A DNA stretch of 64,000 bases, from assembly GCA_013239625.1 (NCBI GenBank), contig MU053881.1:930001-994000 (forward strand). Reading direction: 5' to 3'. Position 1 is the stretch's first letter; each line of letters starts with the position of its first letter. The position numbers and the translations under genes are program-made. The notes under the pieces were generated by a model, which was given only the letters and a program-made list of their open reading frames with translations, made no database searches and was not told where the DNA came from. Of the stretch, positions 24,025 to 35,996 are shown piece by piece. This stretch comes from Lama guanicoe. Lineage: Eukaryota.

Positions 24025-24064
24025 CGCCCCCAGAAGCGCCGCGTCACCGCAGGCTGAGGCGCCC

Positions 24065-24226
24065 NNNNNNNNNNNNNNNNNNNNNNNNNNNNNNNNNNNN
24101 NNNNNNNNNNNNNNNNNNNNNNNNNNNNNNNNNNNNNNNNNNNNNNNNNNNNNNNNNNNNNNNNNNNNNNNNNNNNNNNNNNNNNNNNNNNNNNNNNNNN
24201 NNNNNNNNNNNNNNNNNNNNNNNNNN
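24065..24226. other. Assembly gap (162 N)
   Basis: Run of n characters inside the extreme-GC promoter/5'UTR. Confidence 1.
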
Positions 24227-24351
24227 GGATCCGCCGGCGGGAGCCGCTCGCCGCCTGCTCTGCCCCGCGCTGCTGCTACTGCTACTGCCGCCGCTCCTGC
24301 TGCCGCCGCTGCCCGCGGACGCCGGGCTCGCCGCCGCCGCCGACCCCCCAG
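24225..24351 (+). CDS. ADAMTS2: ADAMTS2 coding exon 1 (signal peptide), start codon partly in assembly gap
   Basis: After the N gap the sequence reads (nn)G GAT CCG CCG GCG GGA..., giving (M)[41 protein letters not shown], the known ADAMTS2 N-terminus. G24227 fits the third base of ATG; AT at 24225-6 is inferred. Phase-1 donor CAG|GTAGGT at 24351/24352. Confidence 0.95.
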
Positions 24352-25365
24352 GTAGGTGCGGCCCGGCCCCCAAGCCCCGCGACCCCAGCCGGCCGGGCTC
24401 CGCCCCGGCCCCCAGGCCCCAGCGACCCCTCCCCAGGAGTCGTCCAGCCCGACTTGGGCAAACTCCGCGCGCCCCGCCCGGGGCCAAGTTGGCCAACTTC
24501 AGGGCCGGGTCGGTCGCGCAGGGGGCGCCCCGCGGCTCACCCGGGCGTCATGGGCCGGGGGGAGCCTCGGAGCGCTCGCGGCTCCCGGGACGCCGAGGAT
24601 GGAGACCGAGGGCCGGGAAAGCCCCGCGGCGGAGAGCGCAGCGCCAAGCCCCAGCGGGTCCGGGGGAGCCAGGGCGAGGCGGCGCCCGGGCTTGCGTCCG
24701 GGGACGCTCGGGAGGAGCCGGGTGCCGAGCGCGCCTCCTTGGGCCCTGAGGATTGGTTGGGGCGCCCCGGAGGGGATCCTCCAAGATCCGAAGGACCCTG
24801 CTCCACCCCTCCCTGTCCTCGGGCGCGCGGGAAGGGGGACCGGCAGCGGACAGACCCCGAGCTAGACACGGACAGGCCGCTGGTGTCCGGGGGAGCCGAG
24901 TCCTCGCCGCTCCGGAGGCAAGCGTGAGGGCACTCGGGCGGCAAGGGCCGCTGAGAGGTAGAGGCGCACGGGTAGGAGGTCAACGGGGAATGGCTTCGGA
25001 GCAGTCCCACGTCCTGCCAAGGACGGTAGGTTCAAGGGGCGGGGGACGCTCTGACGGGCCGCCCCCTGGGGGGCTGTGAGAAGCTTCGGAGCCCCAACCC
25101 AGAACGGGGCAGGAGGCAGAGTCCTGGGTTGGCAGGGTCCCAGAGGGGGTCGGCCTGGAGGTGGCGGGACTCCGGAGTGGCGGCCCCGTTAACGCTCTTT
25201 CCCTTTTGGAAGAAGGCCGGGGAGGTGCAGGCTAGTTTCTGGGGGTTGCCTAGTGGAATGCCCTTCCCTTCGCAGTGGGGGCGGGGCTTGGGGGGATGCT
25301 GGACTCGGCGCCTGGGCTCAGGGGCTCTGAGGTCTCTGCGGGTCTAACGCCCCTTCCCTTTGCAG
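24352..25365 (+). other. ADAMTS2: ADAMTS2 intron 1 (1014 bp, GT-AG, CpG-rich)
   Basis: Canonical GT...AG between the two exons, with phases compatible. Confidence 0.93.
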
Positions 25366-25760
25366 GCGGGCCCCTCGGGCACGGAGCTGAGCGCATCCTG
25401 GCGGTGCCGGTGCGCACTGACGCCCAGGGCCGTTTGGTGTCCCACGTGGTGTCGGCGGCGACGGCCCAGGCTGGGGTACGGACCCGCAGGGCCGCCACAG
25501 TCCAGACCCCGGGCTTCCCTGGAGGCAGTGAGGAGGACCCTGGCGGCCGCCTCTTCTACAATGTCACGGTCTTCGGCCGAGACCTGCACCTGCGGCTGCG
25601 GCCCAACGCCCGCCTCGTGGCGCCCGGGGCCACGGTGGAGTGGCAGGGCGAGTCGGGTGCTACCCGGGTGGAGCCGCTGCTTGGAACCTGCCTCTATGTC
25701 GGAGACGTGGCCGGCCTGGCTGAAGCCTCCTCCGTGGCGCTCAGCAACTGCGACGGGCTG
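25366..25760 (+). CDS. ADAMTS2: ADAMTS2 exon 2 (reprolysin/M12B propeptide region)
   Basis: Branch point CTAAC at 25344-48, pyrimidine tract and TGCAG acceptor ending 25365. The 395-nt exon is in phase with exon 1 and encodes [31 protein letters not shown]...[28 protein letters not shown]...[24 protein letters not shown]. It includes the proprotein-convertase motif RTRR (25479-25490) and an NVT sequon. Donor CTG|GTGAGT at 25760/25761. Confidence 0.97.
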
Positions 25761-27699
25761 GTGAGTACGCACTTCTCTCCCTCCTTCCTGTCCATTGCCC
25801 TCCCGTGGGTTTTGGAAGCCTGTTATCTGGGAGTCCCCTCGGAGGGCACGACCTGTACTGAGGACCGTCTTTGCACCACGATGCTTGGAGACCGCTGGGC
25901 CCCGACTTAAGGGGTTGGCTGGAAGGCAGGTTGTTTTGATTGGTTCTAGAGGGTGATTTATGCAGGGGGAGGGCCACGTTTCCAAAGTGCTTATCAAGTA
26001 GCAGAGTGTGGTCTCCCTCATGCCTGCAGGCACAGATCTTGGCGTTGCATCCAGGTGTGTGTGTATCTCTGAGTGTGTGCATCTGCACATATGTGTTGGA
26101 GTGCGTGGCGCGTACTCGTGTCTGGGTACCTGTGCACCTGTGTGAACATGCGAATGTGCCATTGTGTCTAGTCCATGTGTGTACCTGCAGGTGTCTGCTC
26201 ATTTGGGTGTTGGTGTCTGTGCAGCGTGTTGCTATGCATTTTAGCGTGTGTGATATGTGTGTGTGGGCACACGTGCTGGCAGCTGGTCTTGTTTCTGTGC
26301 GTGCAAGTGGTGCCAGCCTAGGGAGCAGGCAGTGATGCTGAAGTGCCCAATGATCCCTCTGCCCCCTGGCTGACCGGGAACCACTGATTTTTATGCTGTG
26401 GTTTCCTGTGGAACTTCAGCTGGTTGGTTATTTGAAAAGTCGGTTTTCCCTCTATTTTGAGCCAAGGGGAGCATTTGGAAATGCGGGCTCTGGTGTCCGT
26501 GGGCAGCCCTGGAGGACAGGAGAGACTGAGAAGGGGTCCCTTCTGGGATTGGCTGGGCCACCCATTGTGACCAAAGCCCTGGGAAGTTCTGTGTCTGGGG
26601 GCCTAGAGGGACCATGGCTGGGCATAAGGGGCCCTTGGAGGAAGCCTGGATCGATGCTCAGGGAGGAGGCTGACATTGGCGGTGCTCTGTCTGGTCGCCC
26701 TGGGGCCTGGCACGCGGCAGAAGCCACTGCAGCTTTCTATTTTGGATTGGGTATGCGGTGGTCAGGCTGGCTGTGCCCGCCAGACAGCTGAGGCCGCCCA
26801 CCCTGGGTTCCGCTCTAACTGCTGCTCCGAGCGAGTGGCCGCCCTCCCAGCGCTGCTGGCCCTGAGCCCCCGTCCTCAGGCTCGCCCTGCAGGCTGCAGA
26901 GCCAGCAATCACACCAGAGTCCCGCAACCACTGGCGTTCTTTTTATGGAGACACAGGAAATGTCACTTGTTGCTTCTTCGGAAAATCACTGCCTTTGGCT
27001 GGATCTAGTTAGAACCTGGGCGTATCGCAAACAACTATAAACGTCCTTGGAGGAGCTGGGTTAACGTGGGGCAACCCTTTATATCCCTGTTGTCTCTGAG
27101 GACATCTCGGGTTTTCACAGGTGTATCTCATTTTACCCTGGAGGCGAATTTCCTAAATAAAAGGAAACTGGTGCTGGGGACTGAGGGGGTGTGCGGTGGG
27201 GCTGAGCCGGGGCCCGGGGGAGTGGGCATGGAGAAGTCTGTTGGTGGGCCAGCTCCTGTGTGCTAAGTAATTCTTGATGGAGTGCATTTCATGGAGCCTT
27301 TGTCAGTGTATCATTCATTCGTCTGTTCCTTCTGTGATCTGTTTGTTCAGCCAGCAGCTCCTTGCGCAGTTGTTCTCCGGGCTGGTCAGAGATGTGGCTG
27401 ATCTGGTGCCACTTGGGGCACACTGCTCAGCTGATGGGCTGAGGCCCACTCCAGTCAGGGCTCTGAGAGCATGCTCCTGGGGACTATTTGAAGAATGAAT
27501 TGCCAGGGGGCAAAGGTGCAGAGGGGAGAGGTGTGCAGAGAGTATCAGCTGTACATCAGCTTGGTTGAGATGGGCACGGTGAGATGTCACATGTCCCGGA
27601 CACACACCAGCAGAAGTGCAAGACAGAGCTGGAGAGAAGACCGGAGTTGGAAGAGGGGCTGGAGTCTTTTTCATCTCATTTTTCCTTTTCTTTCTTTCT

Positions 27700-27803
27700 T
27701 TTTTAAAAGTTATTTTTGTTGTTGTTGTTAGTGGAGGTACTGGGGATTGAACCCAGGACATCATGCATGCTAAGCATGTGCCCTACCACTGAGCTATACC
27801 TGC
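27700..27803 (-). mobile_element. Vic-1-type SINE
   Basis: TGGAGGTACTGGGGATTGAACCCAGG...CCACTGAGCTATACC is the reverse complement of the same SINE head, with a (TTG)n/T-rich tail. Confidence 0.85.
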
Positions 27804-27804
27804 C

Positions 27805-28043
27805 TCTTCCTTCCTTTTCTTCCTTTCCTTCTTTCTTTCTTTCTTTATTTCTTTCTCTTTCTTTCTTTCTTTCCTTCCTTCCTTCCTTCCTCCCTTCCTT
27901 CCCTCCTTCCTTCTTTCTTTCCCATCTTTTCTTTCTCTCTCTCTATTTCTCTTTCCCTTTCTTTCCTCCCTTCCTTCATTCTTCCCTTTCTCTCTCTCTC
28001 CCTCTCTCTCTCCCTCTCTCTCACCCTTTCCTTTTTTCCTTTT
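27805..28043 (+). repeat. Polypyrimidine (TTTC/TTCC/CT) tract
   Basis: About 240 bp almost purely C/T next to the SINE head. Confidence 0.95.
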
Positions 28044-28489
28044 TGATGTGTGTGTCTGTTCTGATTTTATACCAATTAATTCCTTAGCCCTTTTAGTCTC
28101 TCTGTGCATCAGTGATAGGCCCACTTGCTAAGGGCCTGGGGTTTAAACATGTTTCTGGTCTTTACAGTGACCCTGCAGGGGAGGGTTCTTCATTCCTGGT
28201 TCCTAGTTGGGCAGCTGAAGTTCTGGAAGGTTGAGTGACTTGCCCAAGGCCACACAGCCCGTGGTGTCAGGAGTCTGACCTGGTTCTGTCCAGACCCTTC
28301 TGCCATGATGCTCATAAGTCTGGGCAGGTAGGAGATCCTGAGATGTGGTAACAGAGGCCGTAATCCCTGTGCACTCCCACTGGACAGTCCTTACGTGGCT
28401 ACGTGCACCTCACCCTCCCAGCAGCCATGCCACACAGCCCCCTTTCTGCAGCTCCTGCTCTTGCTTTGTAGACAGTGAAACACACTGAA

Positions 28490-28632
28490 GCAGGTGTGTC
28501 AGGCTGTAGCATGTGTGCAAGTCCCCAGGGATCTTGTTAAAATGCAGGTGTTGGGTCTGCATGTCCGGGGGGTGGGGTTGAGCTCCCAGGCTGATGCTCC
28601 TGGGCCTCAGGCTGCCCTCTGAGAAGTGAGGC
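28490..28632. mobile_element. MER5A-like hAT MITE
   Basis: GGGATCTTGTTAAAATGCAG...CTCCCAGGCTGATGCT...CTCTGAGAAG. Confidence 0.6.
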
Positions 28633-29099
28633 TTTGCAGCTCCATTTCTGCCAAGGAGTTCCACAAGATTGCACCACAAGTTGCTCCGAGCAAGTGGGGT
28701 TCAATCCACAAGTGGTGTGGGAAACGCTGCACCTTGCTTTCAGCCTGGGAGACTCAAGGAGGCCCACAACGATCTCTGAGAAGCTCTATAATAAAAGAAA
28801 CCCCTCAAACTCTGTGTAATGCAGCACTGCTCACACAGATGGGACCACGGGACCCCTTTGCAGAATATGTGGAACTAGCCTTCCTGGAAGATGTGCAGAG
28901 AAACCATGGAGCAGGATTGTGGCCTTGTGGTCCTGTAGCTTAAGTTATGCCTCTTCTGAGAGCCATAGGCTCTTTCAGGCCTATTGTCCTGCCCCTAGCC
29001 TGGGACACATATTTGTTCATTTACTTGCTTGGCACTGCGTTTGTTTCTCTACCTTAACGGAAGCTTTATTTTCTGTGGAAGCTTTGTTTTTTATTTAGC

Positions 29100-29460
29100 A
29101 TGAGGGGATTCTTATTCTCAGATCCTTTCAGTCACAAGCGAAAGAAAACTCTGGTCAATTTAGATTGAACAGAAATGGGAAGTTATCAGCTCACATAATG
29201 ATCAGTCTTCAGGCATGGTTGGATCCAGGTGCTCCCGCCAGGTCCTAAGGACCCTTGCTGTCTCTTGCCTCTGCCTCCTTGTGTGTTGGCTTTGTTCTCA
29301 GGTGGAGTCCTTCTCTGGTGAGTCAAGGGGCCCCAGCAGTGCCGGCTGACATCTCTTTCTGATAATTCCAGCTGAGTCCTGAGTCCTGGGATCAGATGTC
29401 CCCATGAGAATCAGGACATGGTGTTTGCAGAATCCCATGGATCAAGGGTGCAAGGGGTGC
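29100..29460 (-). mobile_element. Old MaLR LTR (MLT1J/K-like)
   Basis: TTCAGGCATGGTTGGATCCAGGTGCTC motif, shared with copies near 31505 and 50025. Confidence 0.55.
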
Positions 29461-29797
29461 TGCTCCCTAAAGTGATACTGAGGTTGGGACCTGGGCCTGC
29501 CATGGTGCAAATTCTATGAGAATCGGTCAAGGTGCAGACTCAGGAAATGCCATATAAAGATGTGCTTCATAAGATACAGCGTGCACTTTATTTCCAGAGA
29601 GGCTGGTAGATGTGGTTTCCAGGTTCTTTTACAGCCTTTAGACAGATATTGTTCATCAAACTCACAGGGAAAGGTTAAAGTTTGCCTTTTCACGATGTGT
29701 GAGAAAATAAGGCTTAACAAAGGATTCTTGTATATCTCGTTGCTACGGAAGACTTTTCTAGTACCGCTTGGTACATGATAGGTGTGCTGATTTCACA

Positions 29798-30190
29798 TTT
29801 TTTTTAAATTGGAGTATAGTCAGTTACAATGTGTCAATTTCTGGTTGTACAGCATAATTTTCCCATCATATATATATATTCATTTTCATATTCCTTTTGA
29901 CGAAAGGTTGTTACAAGATATTGAGTATAGTTCCCTGTGCTGTACAGAAGAAATTTGTTTATCTATTTTTATATATAGTAGTTAATAATATTTGCAAATT
30001 TCAAACTCCCAAATTTATCCCTCCCCCTCTCACCCCAGGAACCATAAAACTGTTCACTATGTCTGCGAGTCTGTTTCTGTTTTGTAGAAGAGTTTATTAG
30101 TGTCTTCTTATTTCCTTTTTAGACTCCACATTGAGTGATATCATATGGTACTTTTCTTTCTCTTTTTGGCTTACTTCACTTCGAATGTCA
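29798..30190 (-). mobile_element. Lineage-specific L1 3' end
   Basis: T-tract then GTATAGTCAGTTACAATGTGTCAATTTCTGG...GAGTGATATCATATGGTA; closely similar to 63610-64000. Confidence 0.8.
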
Positions 30191-30244
30191 CATCATTCTT
30201 ACATGCTCAGTGTAAACCCAATGAGAAGCCTGTTGACATAAAAG

Positions 30245-30470
30245 TAATAACAGTACGTCATAGTTTACTGTGCCCCTGTTATGTGCCAGGCTTTCTGCTG
30301 AGCACCTTATGCTGAATCAGCTTGATTAATCCTCACAACACCCTATGGAGTACGGCTAATATTATCCCCATTCTTCAGATGAGTAAACCGAGGCTCCAAA
30401 AGCCGATATAACTTGCTTCGGGCTTTGCAGTACTTAAACGCCTGTTTGGTCCCAAGACTATGCCCACTAC
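30245..30470 (-). mobile_element. MIR SINE
   Basis: TAATCCTCACAACACCCTATG...ATTATCCCCATTCTTCAGATGAGTAAACCGAGGCTC. Confidence 0.7.
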
Positions 30471-31399
30471 ATCTCACTGCCTTCTTTGCTTGCCAACAAA
30501 AAGAATAAAAATGAAGAAATGCATTTCTTTAAAACATGAGGAAATGTTTTACCTTTTCTGTTTTGACTCCTGGAGACCTTTTCAGTCAGGGGCCTCGACT
30601 GTTGTCAGTGTCAGTGAGTGGGGGCTGGGCTCAGGTCTCATGGCCGAGTGGCTTGGTAACTCGCTGCTGACCTGCTCAGGGCTGCAGCTCCTTTAAAGTG
30701 GCCTGAGTCCTCATGGCTGGACGATGGCCGTGGAGTCTCCAGGAGGATGGAAGTACCCTAGCCCACCTCCACCTCCTCTGTTCGGTGCTGCTCAGGGGAC
30801 GTCACCGGTCAGCAAGGCCATCCATCAGTGACGCCTCCATGGGCTGGGGGGGGTGACTCTGTGTGGCAGTTCAGAGAAGGGGGTTCAGAGAAGCCCAAGG
30901 GCTGCTGCCTTGTGGGATGGGGCTCCCCTGCTGGGCTGCCATCCTGGCCAGGTGCCTACTCTGTCCAGTCTTGATGGGCAGTAAAAGTCACTAAGGGCCT
31001 CAGAGAGAAGTCATTTGTTGGCCTAAGGGACCGAGTTGAGTTTCATTTTTCCTGACAAAGCTGCTCTCTTCACAGCCACACACTGGGCTCCAGCTGGTTC
31101 AGGTGCTAGATTCGGGAGGGCAGGTGCAATGTACTTGGGCTGCAGGGCTGAGGGCGAGGAGTGTATGGGACTCGCAACTGCCCCTTGTAGGGTCTTCTTT
31201 TCTCTCACCCTGCCTTGGCACTGCCTGGAGGGCAGTGAGAAGGTCTAGGAACACTGAAGAGGGGCTGCGGGAATGTCCGGGTTCCTTGGGTGTCAGGGCT
31301 TCTCAGGTCAGAGGAGCACTTGCTTGGCTCCTTCTCTTGGCGTGCTGTGGAGGTGCCCATGGTGGCCTCAGCCTCCTCCATGGCTTACTCTCCTTGTTG

Positions 31400-31860
31400 T
31401 TTAAGACTCATTCAGCTTAAGTGACAAAGAACCAACTTACAAGGGATGCAACAAACACAGGGTGTCACGGGCCCAGTTATCTTTGAGGTCCTGAGGAGTT
31501 TCAGCTTCAGGCATGGCTGGATCTAGGGGCTTGGGGCTGGTTTCAGAACATGTCTTCTGCCTTTCAGCTCTGCCAGTGTCTGTGTTCATCTCAGGATGGC
31601 CCTCGCCATGGAAGGGTCCGTCGGCAGCTCCTGGCATAACTTGCCTTCCATGGTCGTAGTCTCTTGGAAATGGAGAGCACTCCTTTCTGGATGGTTCCTG
31701 CTAGAATCCTGGGAAGGCTTCTAATGGGCACTGCTTGGGTTACAGGCCCATCTTTAAATCAATCACTGTGATGTGGGCCTGGCCCGAGGCTCTTGCTCAC
31801 CTCACCTTTGGGGCTGAGTGTGAGGGTCAGATCCCCAAACTCTGGAAAGGATTGAGGTTT
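31400..31860 (-). mobile_element. Old MaLR LTR (MLT1J/K-like)
   Basis: GCTTCAGGCATGGCTGGATCTAGGGGCT...AATCAATCACTGTG. Confidence 0.55.
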
Positions 31861-32079
31861 TATGTTAAAAACAAGAGGGAGGAGCAGCATGCTGGGCCGC
31901 CACACTCCACCCAGACCTGCCTGCCCAGCTGCCTCCCGGGCTCCTTCCTTGGGCTCCCCCATGCTTCTGAGATGGAATGCGGGTCTCTCCACTCTCCCCC
32001 AGACCTCACCCTTCACTTGGGCAGGAATCCCAGGATCACCCCCTCCCCTCCCTCTCCACGACCCCCACCTCCAGCTGGT

Positions 32080-32520
32080 CATCATCTTAGACATCTCTGG
32101 ACGTCACTCCTGTTCCCATCGCTCCACCATGCCTGACTCCAAGCCCTGTCTTTTGCTCCTATGATCCTCAGCCTCTCCAAATTGGAGCAGCTCTTTCTCC
32201 ACACAGCTGCCAGACTGATTTTTATAAACCACACATTAAATCATGTCACTCCTTTGCTTAAGACCTTTCAATAGTTCTTATTCCCCATAAAAAAAAAAAT
32301 CCAAACCTGGAAAAAAACATTCAGACCCACCGTCCTGGCATACAGGGCCCCCCATGGCCTGACCTAGTAACCACCAGTCTTGTCTGTCACTGTGTGTCCC
32401 TCATGCCTCCAACACTGGGCACTCCCATCTTAGGGCCTTTGCACAGGCTGTGCCCTCACCCCGACCACTCTTATCCTTCCCTCTTTACCTGACTCAATCT
32501 GTAGATCTCAGCTACATGGC
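32080..32520 (+). mobile_element. L2 LINE fragment
   Basis: ATCATGTCACTCCTTTGCTTAAGACCTTTCAATAG...AGGGCCTTTGCACAGGCTGT. Confidence 0.65.
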
Positions 32521-33764
32521 ACTCCACCAGGGAAGCTGTCCCGGACACTCACGTGTCATGTTGCATCCACGCTTCACAGGCAGCTTGTACCTGGCTATGT
32601 CTGCAGGCCCCAGCTCCACTGGGTGGGGCTCCACTGGGAGCCGTGAAATGAGCATGCTTGGGGAGTGTGGTGGCCCAGCATCCTGCTACTGTACAGGGAA
32701 GAGTGGGGGACTCATCCCCAAGACCCTGTGCCCCCCATACTGGGGCTGGCCCACCTCTCCTTGTCTGCTTTGCTGCAGACCCCAGGATGGAGACCCGCAG
32801 GCCCCCTTGGAGAATGGCCAAAGGCCCCACCTCTTTTCCTGCAGGAAAGCACTTGTGCACGCATGTGGTTTTGCACGGTTTTCTTGCCCTGAACTCGGAG
32901 TTCATGCAACCTGAGTTCAAAACCCCTGGTCTAAATGAAACTAAGTAAGAGAGGGAAACCCCTTTGGACCTGTTGGGAGGGAGTTTTGGAGGGCCGAGAA
33001 GGAGACCTTGGGCCAGGTTCTGGCAGGTCCCCATGCAGCCCTGGGCAGATCCTCCTGCCATGAGCCACAGTTCACCCAGGTGGCAAGTGAGGCTGGATCA
33101 GACATTTCTGGGACCCTTTTAGGGCACCCTTTTAGGTGTCTTAGGGGCCAAATGGGGACCAACTGAGGGGACCAGGTTGATGGAGGGAGAGATGGGGACC
33201 CTGGCCAGCCTATGCCCTGCCTCCCTTTATGGATTGTTGTCCCTCAGGACCACTGGCTCCTTGCTACCGTACCCTCAGATGTTTCTTCAGAGAAGCTGCA
33301 TTTCTGAGTCTTGCTATTGCACAGGGAGATGGATCCAGTGGGAACCCAGTGGGCCCTGTGGTCCCCTGACCAGACTTACAGAGGCTGATGTGGAAATGTT
33401 GGGGGCTGCGCCAGCAGCAGGGTCATTAGGTGGGGGCTCCCAGCAGGCAGGGGCTGTCTTGGAGAACTTGCTGCCTTCCTTCATCGCAGCTGCCCCTGCC
33501 CCTTTCTGGGGCAGCCACAACCTCCTGGCCAGCCTCATCACCACTTCTCACTGAGTGCAATCTGTGGGCAGGGAAGAGGCTTCTCAGGTGTGCTGACCTG
33601 TGGCTGCCATGGTGGAGAAGGCTGGCTGGTCGGGGATTTGTGCTAGAGGTGGGAAAGCCGCCGCCCATAGCCCCTCAGAATGAGGTAGACACACCTGTGG
33701 TCTGAAACCCAGACTTCCCAGGCTTCAGCAAGTAAGGCATTTGAAGGCACCTAGGGTAGCCAGA

Positions 33765-33990
33765 ATCTTAGAGACAGCGGGTGGAGCGGTGGTTGTCAGG
33801 TGCTGGAGGAGGGGGATGGGGAGCTGATTCACAGGTACAGAGTTTCAGTTTTAGCAGAAGGAAGGAGTTCTGGAGATGGATGGTGGTGATCATTGCACAG
33901 CATTATGAACATATTTGATACCGCTGACCTGTACGCTTAGAAATGGTTAAGATGGTATATTTTATGTGTATTTTATCCCCTTACATAAAA
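33765..33990 (+). mobile_element. L1M (L1MB-like) 3' end
   Basis: GTACAGAGTTTCAGTTT...GTTCTGGAGATGGATGGTGGTGAT...AAATGGTTAAGATGGTATATTTTATG. Confidence 0.8.
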
Positions 33991-35996
33991 GGCATCTGGG
34001 GACTGGTGGGATTGGATAGGTAGTTCAGGGGTGGAGTGGTGTCCTTTGCACCCTGCTCGCCCAGCTCCCACCGCTCCGTGACTCTGTTCCCTAGCGGACC
34101 GGAGGCTGCAGCTGCCCCCACACCCTTCACCACCAGAGGCACAACCAAGTGCAGAAGGGAAGCAGTCTACTTTTTGGAGGTTCCTGCTGCAGTTCTGAGC
34201 TTCACTCTGATTGGATGGGCTTGGGTCACGGGGTCTCTCCATAGCCAATCACTGTGGCCTGGGAATGCCCTGTGCTGACTGGCTCTGGGCTGAGTCACAT
34301 GCTCCACCCCTGACCTGGAATGAGGTTCAGGGAGCCAGGGGTGCTGGGACCACCTCCCAAGGCTGAGCAGCAGCTTTCTGCCTGCCTCTCTGTCTATGAG
34401 CTGAGGGTCCTGCACCCACGCTCTTGAGGACGCCCAGCAGCCAGCAGCTGTCCCTCTGCAGGGGGCGATCAGATCAGGGTCTATATGATCTACCTCTGTT
34501 CACTGCATGCACCCAATCCCTGCAATCATCCTGTGTGCCAGCCACCGTTGCCCCCATTTTACAGATGAGGAAACCGAGGCTCCAGTAAGTTACTTGGATA
34601 TGTGGGGCTCCCCTGTGTGGGTCACCTCTCCTCTTGGATCTTCTGGGGAGGAGCATGGTAACCTGACTCATGAAGGTCAGCATAGCTGGTCCCTGACCTC
34701 TGAGCTGGAGCGCAGGGAGGCCAGCTGTTTCTGGGCCATCCTGTCACATTGCCACCTAACACTGACTCCATTGATTGGTTGTGTGCTTCTGGCATTGGTT
34801 CCTCAGTGGCAGGATGCTGCTCATGCAGGTGCTGGCCCCTTCTAGGTCCCCCCTGCCTGACGGCTAGCCTGGCTTCTCACCCCCCGTGTCCCCAGCACTT
34901 AGTGAGTAAGGAGTGACCGGGGGTGGGGGTAGGGGAAGTCTGGGTCCTTTGTGAGGACCACAAGTGCCACAGCCAGCGTGAGCATCGAAAAGCTCATCAG
35001 TTCTGAGCCACAGGGATGCCCTATGGCCTGGTGCGTCCACTCAGCTGTGTGGTAGCCTGAGATATGGCTGGGGCCTCCCTACTCTGGTCTCTGAGGTTTG
35101 AAGGGTCGAGTATGCGGGGAGCCCCTCCTGGGACCCTGGGTCTGCACTGGTGGGTAGATGCATCCTTCCTTGCCCCTACTGCCCTCCTGCACTCGGGCAG
35201 GCTGGGGGTTTTATGTTGCTGTCAGAACACAGCAGGCTACCGGTATATGTGAGTGTGTGGGCACAATCCTGTACGCGTATGTGGGAATGTGTGCATGCGT
35301 ATCTGTATGAGTGCGATGTGTGTGCATATGAGTGTGTGTGGGTATCTGTGCATATGCGTGGGTGCATTTGAGTGTGAGTGTGCATGTGTGGTCAGGTATG
35401 TTGCTGGCAGGGGTTTCCTGCAGGGGAGGAGACTGAGATGGGGTGGGGGTACTGAGAGGAGAGGAGGACCCCAGCCCGCCTTGGACCCTTCCTCCCCTTC
35501 CCTCCTTCACTGGCAGGCATTCTGGAATGGGAGGGCCCAGGTAGGAGCCTCTTGCTCTGCTGCGTATGTTTCATAGTAAATGTCAGCTGTCCACCGGGTC
35601 TGCGGTGCTGCCATTAATATGGAGAAGTTATTACCAAGCCTGGAGCCGGCTCCTCGGGCTCATCCATGAATTTCAATTACCCTGCATGTCTACTCCGGGG
35701 CCGGTGGAGTGGGGCGCACAGCTTCCGCTCTGAGGCAGAGAGAACTCTGGCATCCAGGACCAAGGCTCAGGCAGGCTCTGCGCAGCCCCACCCTGCCCTG
35801 CACGTTTCGGTGATAAGTGGACTTAGTGTGAGCTGGAGGCTGCCGGATCACGTGGTCAGCTTTGCCCTGTGCAGCTGGGCAGCCTGGAAAACCTGAGCCT
35901 GGGGATCTCAATTCCTTGGTCTCGCTGGGCTTTGGAAGGATGGGTGCTGGCAGAGCACTCAGCCCAGGCCTGGGGTTTGGGAAATGTTGGCCGTTT

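Larger units (their letters stand above)
23590..25770. promoter_or_regulatory. CpG island / ADAMTS2 promoter region
   Basis: Very high GC and CpG density over the promoter, exon 1, intron 1 and exon 2, with GC-box-like motifs. TATAAAA at 23615-23621 (use not established). Confidence 0.88.

Noticed and set aside
23576..24749. Long ORFs spanning the N gap (N-terminally extended ADAMTS2)
   Set aside because: Frame across an estimated gap is meaningless, and GC-rich DNA is poor in stop codons.
25275..25910. 211-aa single-exon ORF
   Set aside because: It is ADAMTS2 exon 2 plus intronic read-through on both sides; strong splice sites delimit the real exon.
34456..34470. CTCF-like motifs (also near 6408, 7967 and 24514)
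   Set aside because: Two to three mismatches to the core in GC-rich DNA; not distinguishable from chance by eye.
35611..35622. CArG box CCATTAATATGG
   Set aside because: It has eight A/T bases between CC and GG, not the six required for SRF.
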